Shown: positions 1 through 7,585 of the stretch, piece after piece | Position numbering within the stretch: the stretch's first letter is position 1 | How the letters are laid out: each line of letters begins with the position of its first letter | From: Acidobacteriota bacterium | GTDB lineage: Bacteria; Acidobacteriota; Thermoanaerobaculia; Multivoradales; SZUA-115 | Length of the DNA: 33,776 nucleotides | Reading direction: 5' to 3' | Assembly (NCBI GenBank): GCA_003231035.1 | Contig: QIHU01000122.1 | Location: forward strand, 1-33,776 | Notes under the pieces: model-generated | The model's input: the letters and a program-made list of their open reading frames with translations, nothing else | The model's database searches: none | What the model was told of the DNA's origin: nothing | Program-made: the position numbers and the translations under genes

Positions 1-1
1 T

Positions 2-1264
2 TGGCTCCAACCTCCTCCACCGCGACCGCCCGAGTACCCGCCCATCGCCGTCACCGCCGAGGAAGTCGCCGGCCTGCACAGTGGGGGCGAGCTGGTTCCG
101 CTCGACGTGCGCGGTGCCGAGCCCTTCGCCCAGAACCATCTTCCCGGCGCGATCCGGCTGCGCTGGCCGGAGAGTTGCTCCAACAGCGATGGCCCCTGCC
201 TGGGTCGTCACCTGGCCAGTTTGGGGATCTCTGGCAACGAGACGTTGCTGCTCTACGGCACCGCGACCAACTTCGAAGAGATCGGCCGAGCCTTCCTCCG
301 GCTCGAAACCGCCGGTTGCCGCGATGTGCGGGTGCTCGACGGCGGTATCAGCGGCTGGGTAGCGGCCGGTTTCGAGCTCTCGCGGCATCGCGAGCCGCGC
401 CCACCCCAAGAGTTCCTCGCTCCCCTGGCCCGCGTCACCACCGCCACCCAGGATGAACTGTGGAACCGCTTCGGCAAGCGAGGAACCGAGGTGCTGGACC
501 TGCGGGACGACGGTAGTTCATGGCTCCAGGAATACGCGGAACCGGAGCGCTTCGCCGCTGGCCACGTACCGCATGCTTTGCCCTTCGACTTCCGAGTCCT
601 GTTGACTGAAGGCGACCACTGGCCACCGCCGGCCGAAGCCCGCGCGACCCTACTAGAGCTGGGTCCACGCAAGGGAACCCGACTGGATTCGCAGGCCGAG
701 TTTCTCCTCTACGCCGACCGTGCAACGAGCGGGCGAGCCGGTCTGGGATACCTGCTGATGCGGATGATGGACTTGCCCGCTCGGGTGGTCACCGGCGGCT
801 GGGAGAGTTGGCGCGACGAAGGCCGACCCACGGTTCGCATGATCGATGCCGACGCCGTCAAGAAGATACTCGCAGTCGAGAACCCCGGTTTGAGGCAAGA
901 TCGTGCCACGCCCTCAGCCCTGCTGATCGACTTGCGCGAAGACTGGGACTTCGCGATGAACCACTTGCCGGGTGCGATCTGTCTTTCCGAACTCGCCTTC
1001 GCTCAAGGAGGCAAGGAGCTGGCCAAAGCGGTCGCGGCCCATCGAGGCCCCCGCACCGGTTTCGATCTGCCCCTGATCTTTTACTGCTACGGGCGCGACT
1101 GCGTTCGCAGCCGCAACGCCGCCAGCTTCGTGGCGCGGGCAGGCTACCGCGACCTGCTCTGGTTCCATGACGGGTATCCCGAATGGCGCCAGCTAGATCT
1201 ACCGGTCTTCCCACCACCAGGATCAGTGAAGCCCAAGTCGAGGGGTGCACGCAAGGACCACTGA
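2..1264 (+). CDS. multi-domain rhodanese-like sulfurtransferase, 5' end outside window
   Basis: The frame of ORF 107..1264 stays open back to base 2. It already reads ...ITAEEVAGLHSGGELVPLDVRGAEPFAQNHLPGAIRL, so a rhodanese domain begins before the listed start. There are three rhodanese-like repeats (NHLPGAIRL, GHVPHALPF, NHLPGAICL). Only the last carries a Cys active-site-type loop (FYCYGRDCVRSR). Confidence 0.8.
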   Translation, partial: WLQPPPPRPPEYPPIAVTAEEVAGLHSGGELVPLDVRGAEPFAQNHLPGAIRLRWPESCSNSDGPCLGRHLASLGISGNETLLLYGTATNFEEIGRAFLRLETAGCRDVRVLDGGISGWVAAGFELSRHREPRPPQEFLAPLARVTTATQDELWNRFGKRGTEVLDLRDDGSSWLQEYAEPERFAAGHVPHALPFDFRVLLTEGDHWPPPAEARATLLELGPRKGTRLDSQAEFLLYADRATSGRAGLGYLLMRMMDLPARVVTGGWESWRDEGRPTVRMIDADAVKKILAVENPGLRQDRATPSALLIDLREDWDFAMNHLPGAICLSELAFAQGGKELAKAVAAHRGPRTGFDLPLIFYCYGRDCVRSRNAASFVARAGYRDLLWFHDGYPEWRQLDLPVFPPPGSVKPKSRGARKDH

Positions 1265-1294
1265 GCGGAACGCGAAGACCTGAGAGCGGATCGC

Positions 1295-1326
1295 GTTGGC
1301 GACGCCTCCGCGGCGACGTCGCCAAC
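1295..1326. terminator. GC-rich hairpin between convergent genes (no U-tract)
   Basis: gttggcgacg (1295-1304) is the exact reverse complement of cgtcgccaac (1317-1326), with a 12-nt loop. It lies between the rhodanese stop (1264) and the minus-strand gene stop (1359). No T-run follows on either strand, so it is not a classical intrinsic terminator. Confidence 0.35.
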
Positions 1327-1358
1327 TGATACCTCAGTCGGCCAGGGGGTGACCTAGC

Positions 1359-1943
1359 TTACTGGTCCGGCGAGATGACATCGGGATCGATATCGTCTTC
1401 TTGCGGCACTGCCGAGAATCCGGTGCCGGTTCCTTCGAGGGTAGTCGAAGTTCCATCGTCGAATTCGAGGCCATCACCGACGCTCACCACTCCGTCGCCG
1501 TCGTTATCCGACCATCCTGTAACTTCGACAGTGCGGCCTAGGTTGGGCGAGACTTCCTCCCACCTCTGGCCGATCGGATTTCCCCCACCAGCGAAATTGA
1601 ACAGCGGACGCATGATGATCACGTCCCATTTGAAGATCCTGAAAACCCAACGAATGTGGTACGGCACCCAGTCGATCCAGATGATCGAGCAACGCGCCAG
1701 TGGCCCCATGATGAAGGTGACGTGGCTCTTCTTGCAGAAGTTTGGCCACAACCAGTGAACCCGTGTGCAGCGCAACGCGGGGGCAGCGGTTTGCGGGTCG
1801 GGATTGGCGAACGCTTCCGCCAAGTTAGTCGGATCGAGTTCAAAGATCACCTCGCCGGGCGAGGTTTGAGCGGCGCTCGGAACAGCCATCCAGGCTGCGA
1901 GTAGCAGCGACAAAGCGCAAATCAGAATAAGTTTCTGTTTCAT
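1359..1943 (-). CDS. secreted hypothetical protein, Trp-rich with acidic DxDxDG-like C-terminal tail
   Basis: This is the internal ATG at 1943 of ORF 1359..2231. It is preceded by AGGAG about 8 nt upstream (reverse complement of ctcct at 1951-1955). The N-terminus MKQKLILICALSLLLAAWMAVPSAAQ is a typical signal peptide. The 96 codons upstream in the listed ORF look non-coding. Confidence 0.6.
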   Translation of the reverse strand: MKQKLILICALSLLLAAWMAVPSAAQTSPGEVIFELDPTNLAEAFANPDPQTAAPALRCTRVHWLWPNFCKKSHVTFIMGPLARCSIIWIDWVPYHIRWVFRIFKWDVIIMRPLFNFAGGGNPIGQRWEEVSPNLGRTVEVTGWSDNDGDGVVSVGDGLEFDDGTSTTLEGTGTGFSAVPQEDDIDPDVISPDQ

Positions 1944-2109
1944 TGAAGTACTCCTAGTTGCTGGCCGGTAGACCGTCAACTTCCGCGGCAGTGTCGATCT
2001 AACGGAGTTGGTTCCGCCGGTGCACGGCAGGAATTCTTGACGCTTCCCACGGTCAAACGAGAGCACTTGACATCTTGTCCAGTTTGAATTGCCCTCGTAC
2101 ACACATCGC

Positions 2110-2138
2110 ACTATGACAATAATTTGACGCCAAGTCAA
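2110..2138 (-). promoter_or_regulatory. candidate sigma70-type promoter with palindromic -35 region
   Basis: The minus strand reads TTGACT (2138-2133), a 17-nt spacer, then CATAGT (2115-2110). The -35 sits inside the palindrome TTGACttggcGTCAA. It is oriented toward the secreted-protein gene. This is pattern match only. Confidence 0.25.
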
Positions 2139-2276
2139 CCTGCCGCCGGCAATCATCGAGGTGTCGTCGGTAAGGATTAGGTCCGGCTCGACAACACCAC
2201 GGAAGGAGTGGGTTCCGCCCGCGTAGCGCACGTCGAGCTAGAGCTGGTGGCAATCGATGAACGGACGGCCGGGCCT

Positions 2277-2529
2277 CTAGTGTCCATCGCCGCACCAGCG
2301 GCGGTGGAAAAAATTGTGAATCGGTACGAATAGAAGTCCAGCGTAGGCTCCGTAGAGGAAGCTCTCCACCAACTCCAAGGCTGAGCCAACGGAATCCCGG
2401 CAATAGTGCTTCGAGCATCCGGTGCATATGAAGGGACTCCGGAGTCACGATTCCCCAAAGAACGCAAACCAAGAAGCTAACGGCTGCCCAGACTCCCAGA
2501 GTCCAGGTCCAAACTTTGACATTCAACAT
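2277..2529 (-). pseudogene. small two-TM membrane protein (DUF5676-like), reading frame broken by one extra base near 2373
   Basis: The N-terminal frame from ATG 2529 reads MLNVKVWTWTLGVWAAVSFLVCVLWGIVTPESLHMHRMLEALLPGFRWLSLG. One base further on, the frame reads LVESFLYGAYAGLLFVPIHNFFHRRWCGDGH, with its stop at 2279-2277. The total span of 253 nt equals 84 codons plus 1 nt. The rest of the listed 158-aa ORF (2053-2276) is Arg/Pro-rich read-through. Confidence 0.55.
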
Positions 2530-2549
2530 CCCAACACCTCCTAAGTGCG

Positions 2550-2714
2550 CTAACGATCGGGCGAGTTACCGTCCTCTGCCCCGTTCTTGCCTCCGGTTTC
2601 AGGTTCGCGATCTTCCCTGTGCCGACCGTGACCGTGACCGTGACCGTGACCAAAGAAATGGATCCCGATACACAACAGAATGATTAGCAAGAAAAACCAA
2701 TTCTCGGTCAGCAT
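2550..2714 (-). CDS. 54-aa membrane peptide with (His-Gly)4 tract (DUF2933-like), absent from the ORF track
   Basis: ATG at 2714 with GGAGAG 6 nt upstream. The translation is MLTENWFFLLIILLCIGIHFFGHGHGHGHGRHREDREPETGGKNGAEDGNSPDR, with stop tag at 2552-2550. It has one hydrophobic helix followed by a His-rich tract. It sits 20 nt upstream of the next gene in the same operon. Confidence 0.55.
   Translation of the reverse strand: MLTENWFFLLIILLCIGIHFFGHGHGHGHGRHREDREPETGGKNGAEDGNSPDR
2624..2651. repeat. hexanucleotide microsatellite (GACCGT)x4.5
   Basis: Direct reading gives gaccgtgaccgtgaccgtgaccgtgacc. It encodes the HGHGHGHG tract of the small ORF on the minus strand. Confidence 0.9.
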
Positions 2715-2778
2715 GGCTGTCTCTCCAGTTCGCGCGCGACCTTCACGAGTTCATCTCATTAGTGTTCGCCAAGAGTCG

Positions 2779-3765
2779 CTAGTTTTCGGCTGCTTGCCTT
2801 CTGTCCTCAGTCGGTGGAAAGGCCGCGAGGTAGAGGTAGGCGGCCATGAGTTCTTCTCGGGTCAAGTAGGGAAACTTCGGCATCCGACCCCGGGTCTTTC
2901 CTGCTTCGGGCGAGCCAGTTCGCACCTTGCGGACGAACTCTTCGATCGAGTAGTCCACGGTGAAACTGGACAACGCCGGCACGTCACGGTCCGCCACGGG
3001 CCGGCGGCGCCCTTGCGTGGAGTCGTGACAAATCAGGCAGGTGGCCATGACGACGTGTTCCCCCACGCGCTCCGCCGGCTGCCGGACTCGTAGTGTGGCC
3101 CGCTCACCGGGAACACCGGAAAGAACTTCGAGAAAGCCAAGCAAAGCGTCGACTTCCCGCTGCTCGAGGTGAGCGAAACGGGGCATGGTTTGCCCGCCCT
3201 TTAGTAGTCGGTGACGTAGCCCCAGCTCCGCGCCTCGCGCCAGTTTCTCGGCCACTTCATCGGAAATCGATCGTCCACGGCGCTCCATTCTCTCCTGCAC
3301 GTACCGCGGCGAGGACGCCTTGATGGGGTCAAAGAGAGAAGGGATTACCTCACCCAACCCCTGCGCGACCGCGCCATGGCAGGAGCGGCAATTCAACCGA
3401 TAGAGGTCCGCGCCAGAGAGTTCGAAGCCGTCGTCCATCCACCAACCGGGGTCATCGGCTGCATGCCTGCCGTTCGGGAATCGCGCGGCGATCTCCGCCG
3501 GCACTCGGCCTTGCAAACCGAGCCGACCGAAAGAGGAGCTAGCAATCCCCGTGCGTACCCTGGTCAGTAAGCTGGGGCCAGAGACCGGTTCAACTCGAAA
3601 AGACGGCTCAGACTCCTGGACCTGCCCATTACTCGCGTCCGCCCTCACGGGCAGCGAAGTCACCAGGCTTGCCATGGCACAAAAGGCCACGAGAGCGGCT
3701 CTAGTAACAGGCCGGCGCAATAAAGCATGCAGCCCAGACTCTCGAAGGGTCGAATCGATAAGCAT
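2779..3765 (-). CDS. periplasmic diheme c-type cytochrome
   Basis: Two heme-binding CxxCH motifs (CRSCHG and CLICHD). Each is followed downstream by a Met-Pro candidate axial ligand (GGQTMPRF, RGRMPKF). There is an N-terminal hydrophobic signal region. The start lies 10 nt after the upstream gene's stop. Confidence 0.8.
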   Translation of the reverse strand: MLIDSTLRESGLHALLRRPVTRAALVAFCAMASLVTSLPVRADASNGQVQESEPSFRVEPVSGPSLLTRVRTGIASSSFGRLGLQGRVPAEIAARFPNGRHAADDPGWWMDDGFELSGADLYRLNCRSCHGAVAQGLGEVIPSLFDPIKASSPRYVQERMERRGRSISDEVAEKLARGAELGLRHRLLKGGQTMPRFAHLEQREVDALLGFLEVLSGVPGERATLRVRQPAERVGEHVVMATCLICHDSTQGRRRPVADRDVPALSSFTVDYSIEEFVRKVRTGSPEAGKTRGRMPKFPYLTREELMAAYLYLAAFPPTEDRRQAAEN

Positions 3766-3775
3766 AACGGTGTCC

Positions 3776-4366
3776 CTATTTCTTGAGTGTGAAGTCGGCA
3801 GAGGTAGCCCCCTTCACCTCCACCTTCCGAGTGAGGAGCTTCAGAGTCGGATGCCAAACCTTGATCGTGTAGTTTCCGTCCGGTAGCCCTTCGATGGTAT
3901 ACGAGCCGGTGGCCTCACTCACCGCGAAGTACGGCGTTGGGACCGCGACGACAAAGCCCTCCATCTCGGGATGGACATTGCACAAGATGACCGCGGCGCA
4001 AGGTTGATCGAAAGTTTGGCTCCTTGGAGCCTCCCCACCGCTCCAAGAGCCCAGATCGAACAGGTCCGCGCAATCATCGACCGTGAAGACGTTGTGGGCC
4101 ACGGAGTCGCTGTTGTTGAATTCGACCGTCGCACCGACTACGACGGGGAGAACTCTGGGCGTGAAGACCATGTCAATTTGGTCCATACGCGCGCGCTCCT
4201 TGGGTGGCTCGAACTTCTTGCCTGGAATGGTGTCCACGTAGACAACCGCGTCGGCATTGCTACGCTTTCCGACAGCGGTAACCTTGCCGCTGAGGCTGCC
4301 AGCTGACGCTACGGTAGCCGATGACGTCAGCGCTATAAAGACAAGAATTGCTACTGATTTCTTCAT
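3776..4366 (-). CDS. periplasmic cupredoxin-like protein with C-terminal carboxypeptidase-regulatory-like beta-sandwich
   Basis: Signal peptide MKKSVAILVFIALTSSATVASA. A His...Cys-x2-His-x2-Met arrangement (SVAHNVF ... ILCNVHPEMEGFV) resembles type-1 copper ligands. The C-terminal GSYTIEGLPDGNYTIKVWH resembles the CarboxypepD_reg-type fold. Confidence 0.6.
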   Translation of the reverse strand: MKKSVAILVFIALTSSATVASAGSLSGKVTAVGKRSNADAVVYVDTIPGKKFEPPKERARMDQIDMVFTPRVLPVVVGATVEFNNSDSVAHNVFTVDDCADLFDLGSWSGGEAPRSQTFDQPCAAVILCNVHPEMEGFVVAVPTPYFAVSEATGSYTIEGLPDGNYTIKVWHPTLKLLTRKVEVKGATSADFTLKK

Positions 4367-4408
4367 GATGATTCCCCGCGAAAGAATGATGGATGCTCTC
4401 GGCTCAAT

Positions 4409-5920
4409 CTAGAAAGCGATTCCGAAGTTGAGCCAGTAGGAGTGGTTGTCGGAGTTATTGAGATCCAGGTTGTACTCGACGGTGGTCTTGACATTGGCGC
4501 GGATCAACCCAGTAACGGAGCAGACCACCCGCTCCCAGTCGTCCGCGTTATCGAAACCGACCGCCTCATAGCGTAGCGCCCCGTGGAGCCATGGGAAACG
4601 CAGCACGGCGTCCGCTTCGAGGAACCAGGAGTCGAAGTTGAAGGTTCCACCCGAGTCGGGCAGGAGTTGGCCCCGTCGCCCCAACCCGGGGCTTGCGGCA
4701 AAGACTCGCAGGTCGTCCTCCGCTCGAAAGTAGGCACCGAAGAGGTTGAGATCGTCGAAGTACCAATTGAAGTCAACCCCGATCCTGGTGAAGTCTCGAT
4801 CTTCAATGAAGCTTCCCTCTAGCTCTCCGTCTGTCTGGAACAACCGCTGCCGGGCACTCGCGTTGCTTCGCAGCTGTTTGGCGTGGGCCTCTTGCCCATC
4901 TTCCCCGGCGATCGGCACCAGCAAATCGCTACCGTCTCCGCTGTAGCCAAAGGCGCCCACGGAGAAGGATCTTTCTCGCCAGTTCTTGGAGCTTCCGGCA
5001 TAACTCTCGGAGTTCGAACCGTCCACCGCCAACCCACCCCACTTGTAGGAGAGGCGGCCATAGACATCCTTCCCGCTATTGCCGTCGAAGGTCTCTTCTC
5101 CCGGCCCCAGGCCATTGACCAGCCCAGCTGTCCAAAACAACCGTCCCCGGATCACACCGTAGAACTCGAAGCCGGTCGCAATGGTCGGTAGAGAAAGGCC
5201 AGCGCCGCCCCCATGGTCACCGGAGCCACCCACGGATTCGGCGCCTTCGAGCCCGATCGGATTGACACTGAACATCGAGTCGTAGTTGGCGACGGTCAAG
5301 CGCCGAGCATGGTCGAAGGTGCTGACCAGCTCCGGCTGAAAGGCGCCAATCTTGACGTTGAAAGCGATCGATCCACGGATTGGCCGAACGAGGCGAACAT
5401 CGAAGTGCTCCACTTCCACCTCGTTCTCAATGACCCCACCCTCGACCGCGCGCGAAAAGCCTATCTCGCCGAAGTACGAGATGTTCTCGCCAGCCGTACC
5501 GGCCAGTATCAAGGCCACTTCGGAGGGAAAGAGGAATTCATTCTTCACCTTCTCGATCTCACCGTCTTCGAGTCTCGAGCTGTTCTGCACCAGAAACTCG
5601 CTTGCGATGGAGATCGGAACCGACGAAGGAATGGCGCCGGGCCATACAGCCTTGGGCCAGGCCCGTTTGTAGGCCGGCGCGCCAAGCGCGACATCGGGCC
5701 GCTTGACCTGGGCCTCTGTCTCTCCGGGCATCCGGTACCCGAGCACTCGAAAGGCCTGGCCGAAGGTATTGAGCTTGGGGTAGGCCACATGGCATGTTTG
5801 ACAGCTAGTCTGGTACTTGCGAGCGAAGGCCGGTACCGCCCGTGCCGCCTGCGCGGAAACCGCAAGGAGGACACCGGCCACTAGCACGACTCGCCAACCT
5901 AAACACTTCGTTTTTGACAT
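4409..5920 (-). CDS. outer-membrane beta-barrel protein with N-terminal CxxCH motif
   Basis: Signal peptide ending AQAARA. The mature N-terminus is VPAFARKYQTSCQTCHVAYPKLNTFGQAFRVLGY, containing one CxxCH. The remainder is Gly/aromatic-rich with alternating beta-strand pattern and a C-terminal ...LNFGIAF (terminal Phe). AGGAG lies 8 nt upstream of the ATG. Confidence 0.65.
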   Translation of the reverse strand: MSKTKCLGWRVVLVAGVLLAVSAQAARAVPAFARKYQTSCQTCHVAYPKLNTFGQAFRVLGYRMPGETEAQVKRPDVALGAPAYKRAWPKAVWPGAIPSSVPISIASEFLVQNSSRLEDGEIEKVKNEFLFPSEVALILAGTAGENISYFGEIGFSRAVEGGVIENEVEVEHFDVRLVRPIRGSIAFNVKIGAFQPELVSTFDHARRLTVANYDSMFSVNPIGLEGAESVGGSGDHGGGAGLSLPTIATGFEFYGVIRGRLFWTAGLVNGLGPGEETFDGNSGKDVYGRLSYKWGGLAVDGSNSESYAGSSKNWRERSFSVGAFGYSGDGSDLLVPIAGEDGQEAHAKQLRSNASARQRLFQTDGELEGSFIEDRDFTRIGVDFNWYFDDLNLFGAYFRAEDDLRVFAASPGLGRRGQLLPDSGGTFNFDSWFLEADAVLRFPWLHGALRYEAVGFDNADDWERVVCSVTGLIRANVKTTVEYNLDLNNSDNHSYWLNFGIAF

Positions 5921-6562
5921 TTAAGACTCCTTTGCATCGGAAGAGTTCCGTATTTGATCTTCCCTTCCCTACTCTTGGCGCCGTCTTCTCGCGAACTCTT
6001 GAGCAACCGGTCGTTCCGAGTGGCCGCCAGGCTGGCGGTATAACGTTGAGTTGACTGTGCCCTTCTACTTCGCGCGACCCTCCCGCATGTGAATCCATCG
6101 ATCAATCCTCGGCTCTTCATTGCTTTGCCCTATCTCTTCCACCGACACAGAAAGCAAGCTGCGTTCCAGGCAATCGAAGATCTTCCGGCCCGAGGTAAGT
6201 CACTGAAACCTAAGCACTTACTGGAGCAACGGAGAAGCCACGCGCGACCTCGGGCGAAAGCCTCTTGCAACCCTGCGAAGCCTCAGCAGCTCGAGTTCGC
6301 AAACTTGCGAGGGGGGCGACCGTCATCCGCGCTGGCGCGAGACTCGGCGACTCCCTCTCGGCCGGAGCAGGACCTCTAAGCGGCGATCACTGAGTAGAAC
6401 TCGGGTTCGAGCGGGAGTTGACGGAAGAAGCCACGGATGATTCTCGCCCTAGCGGCGTCTCGCCACCAGGCGATAGCGTAAACTCGCCCTTCGATTCCAC
6501 CATCTCGGCCACCCGAGGAGTTACCTTGCCGATGATCTTTCCGTCACAGTTTCCCCGTTCTG

Positions 6563-7585
6563 TTGGCCCTGCTCGCGGGGCTGGCGGCGGGACTTTGGAC
6601 CCAGGGCTGCGCCGACGACGGGCGCACGCCCTTGGTGCTCTATTCGCCGCACGGCCCCGACTTGCTCCGCTTGATGGAGAGGGAGTTCGAGGCGGCGCAC
6701 CCTCAGATCGATGTGCGATGGCTCGACATGGGGTCGCAGGATGTCTACGACCGGATCCGCACCGAGGCCGCCAACCCACAGGCCGATGTCTGGTACGGCG
6801 GGCCGGACACGATTTTTCTGCGTGGGGCCGACGAGGGTCTCCTCGAGGGCTACCGGCCACCCTGGGCCTCGGCGATTCCCGAGGCCAGCCGGGGGCCCAA
6901 CGATCTCTTTTTTGGCCTCTATCGCACCGCTCCCGTCCTCGCCTACAACAGCGCCACGGTCACCGGCGAGGCCATTCCTCGGGACTGGGACGATCTGCTG
7001 AGCGAGCGCTTCCAAGGCGAGGTCTTGATGCGCGACCCGCTGGCCAGCGGCACCCTGCGCACCCTCTTCGGCATGGTCTTGGCCAGTTCCGTGGCCGAGA
7101 CCGGCAGCGAGGAACGCGGCTGGCAGTGGCTGCGCCGGCTCGACGCGCAGACCAAGGAATACATCCTCAACCCGGCGTTGATGATCGAGAAGCTGACCCG
7201 CCAGGAGGGCGAGGTGACCATCTGGGAGTTGACCGACATGCTGTGGCAGCGCCACCGTGGCCGCCCCCTCGACTTCACCTTCCCAAGCTCCGGCACACCG
7301 GTGATCAACGACTCGATCGGTCTCGTGGCCGGCGCCAACCACCCGCAAGCGGCACGCGCTTTCATCGATTGGGTGGGCAGCGCCGAGGTGCAAGAGCTGG
7401 CGGCGCGCAAAGCCTATCGCCTCCCTGCCCGCGACGACCTGCCGGCTGAGGAGCTCCCCGAGTGGGCCAGCCAAGTGCTGGCTGAGATGGTACCGGCGGC
7501 GACCGATTGGGCACTGATCGCCGAGCGCGGCGGCGGCTGGATGGAAACTTGGGACCGCACGGTGCGCGGACGAGGGGCTGAGTGA
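6563..7585 (+). CDS. ABC transporter substrate-binding lipoprotein, Fe(3+)/thiamine (family 1) type; true start uncertain
   Basis: LAAGLWTQGC lipobox, then TPLVLYSPHGPDLLRLMEREFEAAHPQIDVRWLDMGSQDVYDRIRTE...ADVWYGGP, typical of FbpA/AfuA/ThiB-like binding proteins. The listed start is TTG with no SD. An SD plus ATG at 6515-6534 is one base out of frame (see findings). Confidence 0.8.
   Translation: MALLAGLAAGLWTQGCADDGRTPLVLYSPHGPDLLRLMEREFEAAHPQIDVRWLDMGSQDVYDRIRTEAANPQADVWYGGPDTIFLRGADEGLLEGYRPPWASAIPEASRGPNDLFFGLYRTAPVLAYNSATVTGEAIPRDWDDLLSERFQGEVLMRDPLASGTLRTLFGMVLASSVAETGSEERGWQWLRRLDAQTKEYILNPALMIEKLTRQEGEVTIWELTDMLWQRHRGRPLDFTFPSSGTPVINDSIGLVAGANHPQAARAFIDWVGSAEVQELAARKAYRLPARDDLPAEELPEWASQVLAEMVPAATDWALIAERGGGWMETWDRTVRGRGAE

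Noticed and set aside
1-456. ORFs 1..456 (+) and 81..362 (+) at the left edge
   Set aside because: They are off-frame to the rhodanese reading frame. Their translations are Arg/Pro/Ala-rich with no motifs.
2053-2276. C-terminal half of the listed 158-aa ORF 2053..2529
   Set aside because: It is read-through after the frame disruption. The sequence is Arg/Pro-rich and unlike the hydrophobic N-terminus. The +1 frame gives a coherent protein ending at 2277.
2618-2651. Tandem GACCGT repeats considered as a possible CRISPR or regulatory repeat array
   Set aside because: There are only about 4.5 contiguous 6-nt units with no spacers. They lie in-frame inside a small coding sequence, so this is a coding microsatellite.
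6089-6379. 96-aa ORF in the large divergent intergenic region
   Set aside because: It is Arg/Pro/Ser-rich with no SD and no family resemblance. It is most likely a chance ORF.
6380-6562. Possible TPP or cobalamin riboswitch or Fur box upstream of the Fe(3+)/thiamine-type ABC operon
   Set aside because: I did not find the conserved cores: CUGAGA plus ACCUGAUCUGGAUAAUGC for TPP, a B12 box, or an AT-rich Fur palindrome. A covariance-model scan could still overturn this.
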